A DNA stretch of 61,451 nt, counting the filler, from Squatina squatina (Eukaryota), in the NCBI GenBank assembly GCA_031763465.1. It is 4 parts of 4 records of this genome, joined end to end, with 100 filler letters (N's around TTAATTAATTAA, not from the genome) between each part and the next. Parts side by side here need not be neighbours in the genome. Positions count along the whole stretch, not along the records: positions 1 to 14,115 come from JARFOE010000168.1; 3 more parts are not named here. One strand, given 5' to 3'. Positions 1 through 10,080 of the stretch are shown piece by piece (position 1 is the stretch's first letter; each line of letters opens with the position of its first letter). Both the position numbers and the translations under genes were made by a program. The notes beneath the pieces were generated by a model, which saw nothing but the letters and a program-made list of their open reading frames with translations, was not told the origin of the DNA and made no database searches.

Positions 1-489
1 TCATTTTCAGAGAGCAAAATAAAAATTGGGAAATACACATGTGATTAAGGTAGAAGCTGAAATATCATAAACAAACTTTAAAAAAAAAATTATTACATTA
101 GTATATGGAATTTTTATTATAATGGAAAAATTTGACATTCCACAAATATAAAATTAGTTTTTCAGGGCGAGAGAGGTTGTTCAGCAGTAATTATGATTTA
201 GAATGCCATTAAAAACCCAGTTGCACCTCATTGAACAAGGTTTAACTTTTTCAGAGGTTTTTAACAATGATATTAGAGTGTAAAAACTAAAGTTCTCGTC
301 AGTTCAGTGATTTCAAAAAGATTACCATTTGTGGGGTTTTCAACCTGTGGAGGAGCAGAGGATCACTGACAGCAACTTCTGGATTTCCGCATATAACTCA
401 GCATCTGCAGATGCCAGAAGTTGCTGTCAGTTTCACAGGACAGCGAATGCTGATAGTTTCACCGCCATTACAACCGCAAAATTCGGGCC
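1..489. mobile_element. Partial non-autonomous DNA transposon (Harbinger-type MITE), right end
   Basis: Ends in ...CCGCAAAATTCGGGCC, resembling the GGGC(C/T)GAA(A/T)TT termini of other MITEs in this window. The left end is outside the window. Confidence 0.35.
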
Positions 490-892
490 AATAAATGAGC
501 TTCAAGGCGCTTTAAACCACCATGGGGTTGTTGACTCTCAATGCGTAGGCCTCATGCAGTTGATCATCTTGTTCTGGCAGCAAGAGACACCAGGAACGTG
601 GGTTTCTGGATCTGCCATTAGAATTATCCCGCGATCTGCAGGAGACTGGTGGCGGACTTCAAATGTAAATGCAGGTGAGAGTTGCAGAGAGAGCTGCAGC
701 AAACCACGACATAAAAGGACTGTAGAAGATAGCAATTCACTACAAAAGGGCTAACTGGCTCTTAACTTGAGGTTAAAACATACCTTTAGTTTTATCTTTA
801 ATTGTTGTTTCATCATTATTAGTTGCAATTGCTATCTTTCTTCATCAATTTTTCACTTTTAATTGTAACTTTTTACCTTATTCTTTCAAAAG

Positions 893-976
893 GATCCTTT
901 ATCTCAACCTTCGAGTCCATGGAAGAAGCTGTTTGGGGTCCGTCAGCAGGCACACAGCGTCTCCAAAGACGTAGCC
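893..976 (+). CDS. Candidate 84-nt internal exon (DPLSQPSSPWKKLFGVRQQAHSVSKDVA), product unknown
   Basis: Pyrimidine tract ending in AG at 891-892, open phase-0 frame, GTATGT donor at 977. No homology recognised. Confidence 0.3.
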
Positions 977-1589
977 GTATGTCTCACCTACTCTCCGCCC
1001 GTGGCCAGACTGTACCTATAATGTACTGGCTACATCTGTACAGAGCAAGGCAGCAAAACACACACATATAGCTACTGTAAACTAAAATATTCTCACTGCA
1101 CAAATAATGTTTTCCCCCCCTTATAAATTCCACCGACTGAAAGAAAGACTTGCAGTTATATGGCACTTTATCTTTTTGCTGAATGTCTCAAAATGGATTA
1201 ATTTTCACTGAAGTAACTATGGGAAATCATGACAGACATTCTGTACCATCAACATCCCGCAAAGAGTAATACCTGTTTGTATATTGGTTTACTGGTGTGC
1301 TAGTGCCGCTGACTTTTTTTAATCGGGTCTTTCTATGTGCTGGCCNNNNNNNNNNNNNNNNNNNNNNNNNNNNNNNNNNNNNNNNNNNNNNNNNNNNNNN
1401 NNNNNNNNNNNNNNNNNNNNNNNNNNNNNNNNNNNNNNNNNNNNNCTGCTGAAGTCAAGGCTGCTGTGAACGCCAGCATTGTACAGTAAAAGGGACATTA
1501 AAGTAAATATGCCACACAGTCTATAATTATACTATTAGATGCACATGGTTCCTGGATTATGGCATTTCTGTTCCATTATTTTCTTAAGT

Positions 1590-1835
1590 GTCAGCCTTGG
1601 CACAATGGTACTCTCCTAATGTCCAGGACAATATTTATCCCTCAACCAACACCACTTAAACATGTTATCTGGTCATTATCCCATTGCTGTTTGTAGTGCT
1701 GGCTCTGCGCAAATTGGCTGCTGTGTTTGCATATATTACAACAGTGACTACATCTCAAAAGTACTTCATTGGCTGTGAAGCGTTTGAGACATCCTGAGGA
1801 TATGAAAGGTGTTAAATAAATGCAAGTTTTGTTTT
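1590..1835 (+). mobile_element. DeuSINE (SacSINE1/AmnSINE1-like) copy
   Basis: Deu-domain-like core TCTGGTCATTATC..TTGCTGTTTGT..GCGCAAATTGGCTGC and L2-like tail GAAAGGTG..AAATGCAAGT. The same core recurs at about 2.2, 9.9, 24.6 and 44.2 kb. Confidence 0.75.
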
Positions 1836-1848
1836 TCTTTCTTACCAG

Positions 1849-1990
1849 AATGTATAATGAGAAACAGGTGAGACACAAACAGAAGCTGCGCAAAGCTAAA
1901 GAGATCTTTATCCGTGAAGTGATGCTTAGGGATGGTAAAATAAAACATCTGGAAAGTGAGCTCAAATTGATGAAAAACCTGATGGATAAG
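1849..1990 (+). CDS. Internal exon of a coiled-coil protein (MYNEKQVRHKQKLRKAKEIFIREVMLRDGKIKHLESELKLMKNLMDK), possibly CCDC30-like
   Basis: Acceptor TTTCTTTCTTACCAG, donor AAG|GTGAGT, open frame, charged heptad-like peptide. Gene identity is not firmly recognised. Confidence 0.65.
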
Positions 1991-2027
1991 GTGAGTCCAA
2001 ATAGTAACAGATATTTACTTGTAAGTT

Positions 2028-2425
2028 AAAAGTTGTGTGTTCAAGCCCAATTCCAGGACTTGAGCGCATATCTAGGTCAAAATTCCCGTGCAGTACTAGG
2101 GAGTGCTACATTGTCATAGATGCTGTCTTTCAGGTGTAAAGTTAAAATAAGGCTATGTCTGCCTGCTCTGGTGGATGTAAAAGATCCCATTGCTCTAGTC
2201 AAAGAAGAGTAGGGAATACTGCTGGCTAACATTTCTCCCTCACTTCATGCCACCAAAATACAGATTAACTCGTTTTTCATCTCATTTGCTGTTTTATCAG
2301 AGCTTCCTGGGTGGAAGTGACTGCCACATTTGCCTACAAAGCCACAGTGACTGCATTTTAAAAGTAATTGGTTTTGAAGCACTGAGACATCCTAGGGATG
2401 TGATAAGTCTTTGTGCATTTGAAAG
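2028..2425 (+). mobile_element. DeuSINE copy (diverged)
   Basis: tRNA-like head GTTCAAGCCC, body GTGGATGTAAAAGATCCCAT, tail TTGGTTTTGAAGCACTGAGACATCC. Confidence 0.65.
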
Positions 2426-2434
2426 ATGTATCTC

Positions 2435-2720
2435 TAGTTCATCTGATTCTCAATTGGTAAAGGCATTGTGTCACTCAGCTGTACACACCAGGAAAGCCCT
2501 AACTTAGATCCATGACCTGTGTTGAGTTAGCTGATCTTAGCCAGGGTAGCAGTAAAGTTACTGCAGTTGGGCACAGTGCCACCAGACAGGGAGGACAAAT
2601 ATCAGCCAGGGTTCCTATTCCCCATTGCTCTTACTTTGACACACTCTTGCACAAGGAAAATGACCACTTGGGTATGGTACCACCACATTTCAGCACCTTC
2701 AGGAGAGGAGGATAAAAACA
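2435..2720 (+). mobile_element. tRNA-derived SINE-like interspersed repeat
   Basis: Motif GAGTTAGCTGATCT(T)AGC is shared with related copies at about 4250-4365 and 10420-10640. Confidence 0.5.
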
Positions 2721-2930
2721 TCCTTTTTTATGTATAAAAACGCAATCTGGGCAGAATGCTGGCAGCTTGTATTGTTGCTGGCTCTTGCATAAAAGACAGC
2801 TATGTTCAGCTTTAAGCAGGCACGTCAGTTNNNNNNNNNNNNNNNNNNNNNNNNNNNNNNNNNNNNNNNNNNNNNNNNNNNNNNNNNNNNNNNNNNNNNN
2901 NNNNNNNNNNNNNNNNNNNNNNNNNNNNNN

Positions 2931-3295
2931 TATGCTCTGGAGTTCCCGTTATAAACCCTCTGCATCTCTACTGTACCTCCTCCTTGTCCTTTAAGACCCT
3001 CTTTAAACCCCATGGCCTAGAAATTCGTTTCAAAGGTGGCGCAATTCAATGGCACTGAGTATCAGGCGCTGCGTAAAATGGGCGACCGATCCGACACCCG
3101 CCCATATTGTGCCACCGCCTGAGATGAATTTCTAGGCCCGTATGTTTGACCATGCTTTTAGTCAACCCTCCTAATATGTCCTTCTTTGCCTCGGCCTTCA
3201 TTTCTGTCTGATTACAACTCTGTGAAGCGCCCTGGACCATTTTGCTACATTAAGGTGCTATAACAATGCAAGTAGCAGTTGTTATTTTTGTTGTA
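2931..3295 (+). mobile_element. L2-type LINE 3' end, interrupted by a small MITE
   Basis: Tail CTGTGAAGCGCCCTGG..TACATTAAGGTGCTATA..AATGCAAGT(AGC/TGT)n is similar to the copy at 54885-55280. Confidence 0.6.
3014..3138. mobile_element. 125-bp MITE with perfect 13-bp terminal inverted repeats
   Basis: GGCCTAGAAATTC (3014-3026) and GAATTTCTAGGCC (3126-3138) are exact reverse complements. Confidence 0.75.
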
Positions 3296-3321
3296 GTTAA
3301 CAAATTTTTCTTTTCTTCCAG

Positions 3322-3529
3322 CGAATCATCATTGCCAAGTGGCAGTAACAATCTCGGTACTTTGGACTACAAACGCCGCTGCAAAACGCCGGAGGGCTCT
3401 GATGCCACGAAATCCACGTATACATCATCGCGGCCGCATCAGTCAGATGTGGGCTACCTAAACCTGACGAGCTCCTCATGGCACAGAGACCAGGAAGATA
3501 GCCGATGTCTAGGCAGTGACGAGGTGTGA
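3322..3529 (+). CDS. Candidate terminal coding exon (ESSLPSGSNN...SDVGYLNLTS...LGSDEV*), probably the same gene as 1849-1990
   Basis: Strong acceptor TTTTCTTTTCTTCCAG, CpG-rich open frame to TGA, same strand as the coiled-coil exon. Confidence 0.45.
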
Positions 3530-4554
3530 TCAGGCCATGACTGAGACAGCGGTAGATCCAAGTACAATTTAAGTGGATCCTGATGGTGCTACCTGAAGCA
3601 AATTCAAAGGCTGGAGGATCCACAAGGTGTTTCTATCTGGAGTCAAAGTAATGCTGGCAATGGGGCCAGGGACATATTGATTCAACAAACAGCAAGCTGT
3701 TGTCTTTGTCACATTGCCTAACAGGAATATTAACACATCTTTCTCTGGATGAGTAGTGATAGATTGGTTGAAATACCTGACTTGACGCTGGTCCGGCTAT
3801 TACACTTACAAGCACATGAATACTAGAATCGTACCAGTATTACAAAGGTCAAGAGTACAGTTTGGGTGTATGAAAGCACTGTGGTTCTACAGTTCTAAAA
3901 TCCACAATCCTCTCCCAGTGAGCTTTGGTGCTGCTGTCCAGTTTATACACTGAGAACAAAGAGCTCACCTGTATGAGGAATTAGTTTGCCCACAGTGCAG
4001 TTTGAATCCATTATTTGTGCTGAGTTTTGTCTTGGAGCTCTGCAGTCGTACTTTACTGCCGTTTGAGAAAACCATAAAGAAATAGCATTGGGCAGTAGTA
4101 CTGGCAATTAGGTTGTACACATAGTGTTTAGACTACTTGCTGTAGTTAATACCTTCTTGCACTGCATTTGTTCCAAATTACTTTCTCTTGAAATTCTGAA
4201 TTTTAACGTAAGCACAGTGCAACATACTTTGGCAAATGCACACCTGACTGCCCAGTGGATAAAGGCCCCTGGTATGACGCAGGGCCATCTAAACTAAAAG
4301 GCGCTAGGTTCAGTCCCAAGGTGTGTGTTGAGTGAGTTGACCTCGGGCAGGGGAAGTAGTTAGGGGGCTACGATAGAGGGAAACTATTTCCGCTGTTTGG
4401 GTATTCTAGGACTCGGAGGCCTAGTCTAAAAATTAGAGCCAGATCTTTCAGGAGNNNNNNNNNNNNNNNNNNNNNNNNNNNNNNNNNNNNNNNNNNNNNN
4501 NNNNNNNNNNNNNNNNNNNNNNNNNNNNNNNNNNNNNNNNNNNNNNNNNNNNNN

Positions 4555-4630
4555 ATCATCTTATAAACCTCTATCAAGTCGCCCCTCATCCTTCTCCGCT
4601 CCAATGAGAAAAGGCCTAGCACTCTCAACC
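4555..4630 (-). mobile_element. CR1 LINE ORF2 C-terminal fragment
   Basis: Translates LGLFSLERRRMRGDLIEVYKM, a hallmark CR1 ORF2 motif. A plus-strand CR1 piece lies at 4366-4454. Confidence 0.85.
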
Positions 4631-5004
4631 AGCGAGAAGCCCAGTGTTAGAGGAGTGGAGGATCTGTATGGGGCGCGAAACAGGAGGGAATCAATAAGAA
4701 AAGGTGGGTCAAGACCTGAATACATTTGAAAGCAAGGATGAGTATTTTAAAATCAACTTGCAGAGGCACTTGGAGAGGCTGCAGATGAACGGAGTGTGGG
4801 TCAAAGTGCATTCGAGGACAGGGCTGAACACTTTTAAATGCGTTGGAGGTCGTAGAAGTTGAAACAGGGAGGTCAGCTGCGAGAGCCCTGGAAACGCCGA
4901 GTCAAGAGGTGATAAAAGAATGGACTGGGGTTTCAGCAGTGGAAGGGGGTTGGGTAAGGAGGTAAACTCCTTTCTTTTTTCAACACCTTCCAGCTTTTAC
5001 TCAC

Positions 5005-5136
5005 CATGTCTGGAAACCACGATATTGCTTTTCCATACTTCTGATGCCATGTAAACAACACCGGAATATCAACAATATCTTCTTCATCCAATCCTAATTC
5101 CTTCTTTAGAACATCTCGGTTCCAGTCAATGCATTG
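5005..5136 (-). CDS. PADI: Peptidyl-arginine deiminase, penultimate exon (copy A)
   Basis: [28 protein letters not shown]...FPDM matches PAD C-terminal motifs. 132 nt, with CAG acceptor and GTGAGT donor. Confidence 0.93.
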
Positions 5137-5235
5137 CTGAGAAAAAGAGAAAAGAGCAAAATAAAAAAATGAACAGTGATACAGAATTTCATACAAAGTG
5201 CGATTAAACTTAATCTTATTATCCCACTGACTCAC

Positions 5236-5312
5236 CTGCACATAAGCATTATCGTCGAGCAAGTTTTGATTGCTAAGGAGTTCATTAATTTTGAATGATT
5301 GCGTGTTTTGAG
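5236..5312 (-). CDS. PADI: Peptidyl-arginine deiminase, antepenultimate exon (copy A)
   Basis: [25 protein letters not shown], 77 nt, canonical AG/GT, splices in phase 0 to 5136. Paralogous to 12506-12582. Confidence 0.88.
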
Positions 5313-5570
5313 CTGATTGAAAAATACAAAGCAACATTAGTGTTCTTATTTATTTCGCTCATTGAATATCTCCTCAATAACCCAGTGAGGCTGATCAAAC
5401 ATGCAGTTCCACCCATTGGTACTCTGCCAACCACTCCCTACATTCTTCTAACCTTTACCAGTCCCCCTTATGGGTATCGGTACATTTTTAAAGAATATGT
5501 TTATTCTTTACACTGTTGTTCCCACCAAACCCTGTATTATTCTCCCTGGGTTCTGCACATTAAAGTCACA

Positions 5571-6188
5571 GGGGCCGAAATTCCCCTTGTTTGCTCCTCC
5601 GGTGGGAGGCACTAATGGACCGGCGATCGTGACATCATCTTCAGATGCTTCGCCCCGGTGGCACCTCTAACCTGAAATTCTCAGCGGACCCCCGCAGCAG
5701 CACTGGGCAATGGCACTGACTGCTGCAGGAGTCGCAAACACTGAGGCTGGTTGCTCGCGGGGCGCCATTTAAAGGTGAGGTGGGCGGCCGGCCAAAAGAA
5801 ACTGCCATTTTTTAATATCAATTGTGTCACGATCTAATTACTGTGATCGCCCAGCCCAGCACTCTGCTTGAATACCAGGCTGATTGCATGGCGCTCCCAT
5901 TCCCCGGTGCTGCAGCCGGTGAGTAAAAACACTGCAAAGCTTGCAGTGGGGAGCCCTTCCCTTTAATTGAGGGAGGAGTTCCTGCAATGCGTCAGTGCAA
6001 CTCCTGGCCACTGGTGGGACTTTTGCGCTCCAAGAGACAAGTGGAGCGCTGGATTTTGCATTCCATTTCCGTCTTGGAAAAAAATCTGGCAATTTCAGCA
6101 ATGATTTGAAAGTTAAACGCCTGGTGCTAACTTTCAAGACATTTTCAACTTAGCGCCCCAATCGGCCCTCTAGGGGAATTTCAGCCCC
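5571..6188. mobile_element. 618-bp non-autonomous DNA transposon (PIF/Harbinger-type MITE)
   Basis: Left end GGGGCCGAAATTCCCCT against right end (reverse complement) GGGGCTGAAATTCCCCT, 16/17 identical. Flanks ACA and ATA resemble a degenerate 3-bp TSD. Confidence 0.8.
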
Positions 6189-6904
6189 ATAGATTCCATA
6201 ACTACAGCTAAAGTGGAAGACAACTCTAAGGGTATTTACTAATACCTAGGAGCTAACATTGACTGTCGCCACGCTTGAAACTTTGCAGCACTGATTAGCG
6301 GTGAAACAGCACCCGGTGGTAATAGCGCCATAGAGCTCCAAAATTTGTCTGCGTTTGTCATCTGACCAGGCATGGCGCTGCTGGAGGTGCTGTTAGGGGC
6401 ACTCTCTTAACTGTCCAGAACACAATCAGGTGACCCATATCGTTAAGCAATTGCATTCCCACTGCCTTCATTCACNNNNNNNNNNNNNNNNNNNNNNNNN
6501 NNNNNNNNNNNNNNNNNNNNNNNNNNNNNNNNNNNNNNNNNNNNNNNNNNNNNNNNNNNNNNNNNNNNNNNNNNNGGACAACTGCAGAGGGCACCCTGTT
6601 CAGATCACGGTTAAAGGACACTGGAGTCCTATTGACATAACAGGACCCTGATTTGTATACATATATGGAGTTCTCACCTGATCTAGTTTGGTCCTTCAGC
6701 CACCACCAAAAACAGCAGCGTTAAAATCCTCATGGAACGCAAACAGAACTCTTTTTTAACTGCCTCTCGTTTCCCAGTTTCCACTGGGCGCTGTTGGAGG
6801 GGGAGTGAGGACGGGGGAAGTTAAAATCCCCCCCTCCCCCACCATTGTCCACATTATGAGCTTTCACTGAAATATTCAAATAATGTTCAATAATTTTGTC
6901 CTAC

Positions 6905-7644
6905 CTTTAAAGAATGCAAAAATCCTGCAGGTAGCCTCTGCAGTTGGTTGCTGTAGAGAAAGAGCTTTTGGAGTGGCGTGTGACTGAAAAGCTTAGTGGG
7001 TAACTCGTGGAGGCTGTTATTTGCTAGTGTTATCCAGGTCAGGTTTCGCAAACCAAAGAAGACCCCCTCAGGGAGGGACTCCAGTCTGTTGTTGTTGAGA
7101 GCACATATTCTGAGATTATGCAATGGTTTAAAAAGTGGCTCTGGAAGAACAGAGAGATGATTGTATGCTAGAGACAATACTTTCAATGCTTCCAAACCCA
7201 GGAAAGTACGTGGGGAAATCACTTGGAGATGGTTGTTGGACAAAATTAGCGTCTTGAGNNNNNNNNNNATTCTAGATTGGGAACGTTGTTGAAGATATTA
7301 TCTGGTAAGTGGGACAGCTGGTTGCTATACAGATACAGCCCCCTTAGCTGAGGAACCCAAGCAAATAAGTCATTTGGGAGCAAGATCAGCTTGTTCATCT
7401 GTAGGTGGAGCACTTTAAGATCTGGTGTATTCCGAAACGAATTGGTTTCTAATTGAATTGAATTATTTCTTAATTTCAGAATGTTGACGGCCTTGGGTAT
7501 ATCAAATGGAAGAAAGTGGAGTCCTGCGCTTGTACAGTCTACTGTTAGATTATCCTGCGAATGGCTACAGGTGCAGATACTTGGACAGGGGCAGAACCCG
7601 TCAGCAATCGACACAAGGGTGAAAATCATGTACTTCCACGACAT
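6905..7644 (-). CDS. First coding exon of an extracellular leucine-rich-repeat protein (signal peptide, LRRNT, at least 8 typical LRRs of about 24 aa; GP5/LRRC15/CPN2/VLR-like)
   Basis: Acceptor TTCTTTCTACAG upstream of 7660, Kozak GCCATG, CPCPSICTC...VDC cap, LxxLxLxxNxLxxLPxxxF repeats, donor AAG|GTAGGA at 6904. A 10-N gap at 7259-7268 explains the split into two ORFs. Confidence 0.88.
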
Positions 7645-8148
7645 GGCCCGCCTCTTTCTCCTGTAGAAAGAACAACNNNNNNNNNNNNNNNNNNNNNNNN
7701 NNNNNNNNNNNNNNNNNNNNNNNNNNNNNNNNNNNNNNNNNNNNNNNNNNNNNNNNNNNNNNNNNNNNNNNNNNNNATTTCAATCAATAGTTCATCCCTC
7801 ACAAAATGATGAAAGCTAGGTCATCAGTGTCTACGGAACACAAAGGAACTAGCAATACCAACAGTGGCATGCGACCTGTGCCATTATCATTATTTATTAC
7901 ACCTCTGTGAAGCATTTTAGGATGTTTCCCTATGTGAAAGCTGTCGTTTATTTGGCTTAAATGAGAATGAGGACATTTGCAAAGCGGCATCTGAGTTGAC
8001 ACCCACAGGAATGTCAGCAGCGGGCTTTATTTGGCTTAAAGCTTCAGTTTATTCTTAAAAGGAACTGAGTGAACACAGATTCTGAGATCAGACTGTAGGA
8101 CTGGAGGTGTGTGAATGGCACAGATTGCATGCTAATGTCCGCATATTG

Positions 8149-8430
8149 TTAGGTGCTAGTCTTGTCAGCAGGTTGCATGTTATCAAGGCTGTGCAGAAGC
8201 ATCTCCATATTCCACCACTTCAAAGCAAATGGCTTGCGACGAACCTTGGAGCCGCGGTGAACTTCACCCAGAATCATGTGATAGGCAGCAATGTCATCGA
8301 TGAAGTTACAATCCAGACCGAGTGGTTCCAGTGCTGAGCGCATCGCAGTTTCCAGTGGACATTTTCCATTTATCAGAGGTCCAAACGGCTTTGGAATACC
8401 CAGGTATTTCCCGAGGACTATCATGTTCAC
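8149..8430 (-). CDS. PADI: PADI terminal exon, variant copy with catalytic Cys->Arg and a 16-aa C-terminal extension (pseudoenzyme or pseudogene)
   Basis: [18 protein letters not shown]...[23 protein letters not shown] with TTTAG acceptor. Codon CGC at 8256-8254 replaces the TGC of the paralogue. Confidence 0.9.
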   Translation of the reverse strand: MNMIVLGKYLGIPKPFGPLINGKCPLETAMRSALEPLGLDCNFIDDIAAYHMILGEVHRGSKVRRKPFALKWWNMEMLLHSLDNMQPADKTST

Positions 8431-9728
8431 CTAAAGGGGCAAAGACAGAGTCCTTTTACTCAGTTCTTTTGAACAGTTGGAATGATAATAACAGAAAGAG
8501 GTACGAGGCAAAGAAGGTAACCAGGAAGAGAAAGACAGAGTGAGTGGAGATAAATGAGTAAAAGACAATGGATGGCGGGGAACAGAGGAGGTCGGGGCCC
8601 GAGGAGCAGGGGAGCNNNNNNNNNNNNNNNNNNNNNNNNNNNNNNNNNNNNNNNNNNNNNNNNNNNNNNNNNNNNNNNNNNNNNNNNNNNNNNNNNNNNN
8701 NNNNNNNNNNNNNNNAATACACCTTCGGTCACGTACGCACATTCCAATTTTGTCAACTCATCGCATAACATGTCTTGCTCCCAGTCACTTACAGGCTCTC
8801 CTTATCTTGTTGACGGGCCTTGCTGGTGCGTACCATGCCCCATAAAGACTCAACACCCATTCTCTGACCCTCAGGTTGGGTCTTTATCTTTCCCACAGAG
8901 TACATCTGTTAACCTTCACTTCCGCCCTAACTCACTGCTAGACATCAAAAGAGCAACTCACAGCTAGCATTTCTGTCTCTAAAGCTTTTCTGTCTTTAAA
9001 GCTTTTTCGTCTTTAAGCTATCGTTTGACCCATTCCTTTTCCAACTATAACCCAAAACTAATTGTTCCACCCTAACAGCGCCTTTAACCTAATGGAGGAG
9101 AGAGAAGCTTGGGGAGGCAGATAATGTTCTATTATGGGATAAATATGAATAAATCAGGAACACAAGACATAGTCAACACTTTGATCAAATCTTTATTGTT
9201 TGCAATAGCAGAGCCATTAACTCTTTGAAGCCTGCAGTTGTATATCTGAACCAAATATAATTAGTTTCAAATAGTTGCTCTCAGTTACAAGTTTATATAA
9301 AGCCTGCAAAGTTCTCCCAGAGGTTCTGCATGTCTTTTGCAGTCAGAGGAGGTGAAACTGAATATCGAACGCAGCGTATAACTCGCGCAGATGCGATACT
9401 GCCAGTTTTGCATCCCCACCAAAGTTATATTTCACCAGCTCTGTCTTCTGCAGTTTTGTGTATAGCAATGGAATGGTGCAGTAAAAGCGTAATAATCTAA
9501 CAGATTCCTTTTTGTCAACGGACAAAGCCACTGTGGCATCACTGGAGAGCAGTTTCACTGCTGGTCTGTTTTTTAACAGCTCAATGATATATTAACAACA
9601 AAGACTGATCTGGTGGAAACCACTTTGTGGCATGATCCAAGACTTTTACACTGTTCTTGAAATAGAAGCACTCTAGTTTGCAAAGGACAATATTAATGAG
9701 ACTTAAGTGAGTGCCTGGATTGCCTAGG

Positions 9729-10080
9729 TGTCAGCTGTGGCTCAGTAGGAGCATTCTTGACTCTAAGTCAGAAGATTGTGGGTTTAAGCCCCACTCCAAG
9801 ACATAATGAAAGCAAGTCATTACAGTGCAGTACTGTTAGAGATGTCGTCCTCTGGATGAGACGTTAAACTGAGGCCCTATCTATCTTCTCAGGTGGACGT
9901 AAAAGAGCTCATTAAAAGAAGAGCAGGGAATTTTTCCCAGTGTCCCTTAACTAACACTAAAGACAGGTGATCTGAGCATTTATTTCATTGTTATTTATGG
10001 GATCTTGCTGTGTACAAACTGGCTGCCATGTTTCCTACATTACATTGTGAAAGATGCTATAGAAATGTAAGTTCTTCCTT
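9729..10080 (+). mobile_element. DeuSINE copy, near full length
   Basis: A-box-like TGTGGCTCAGTAGG, B-box-like GGTTTAAGCC, Deu core, tail GATGCTATAGAAATGTAAGT. Confidence 0.75.

Noticed and set aside
7246-7268. Apparent frameshift and stop in the LRR gene
   Set aside because: It coincides with a 10-N gap of unknown true size. Both sides are open, and the LRR register suggests missing sequence.
8716-9090. Possible ERV/LTR leader and gag start, with three short tandem TCTGTCTTTAAAGCTT-like units
   Set aside because: No identifiable primer-binding site, LTR pair or gag motif.
9729-9800. tRNA gene
   Set aside because: The A/B-box-like motifs belong to SINE heads and no cloverleaf is evident.
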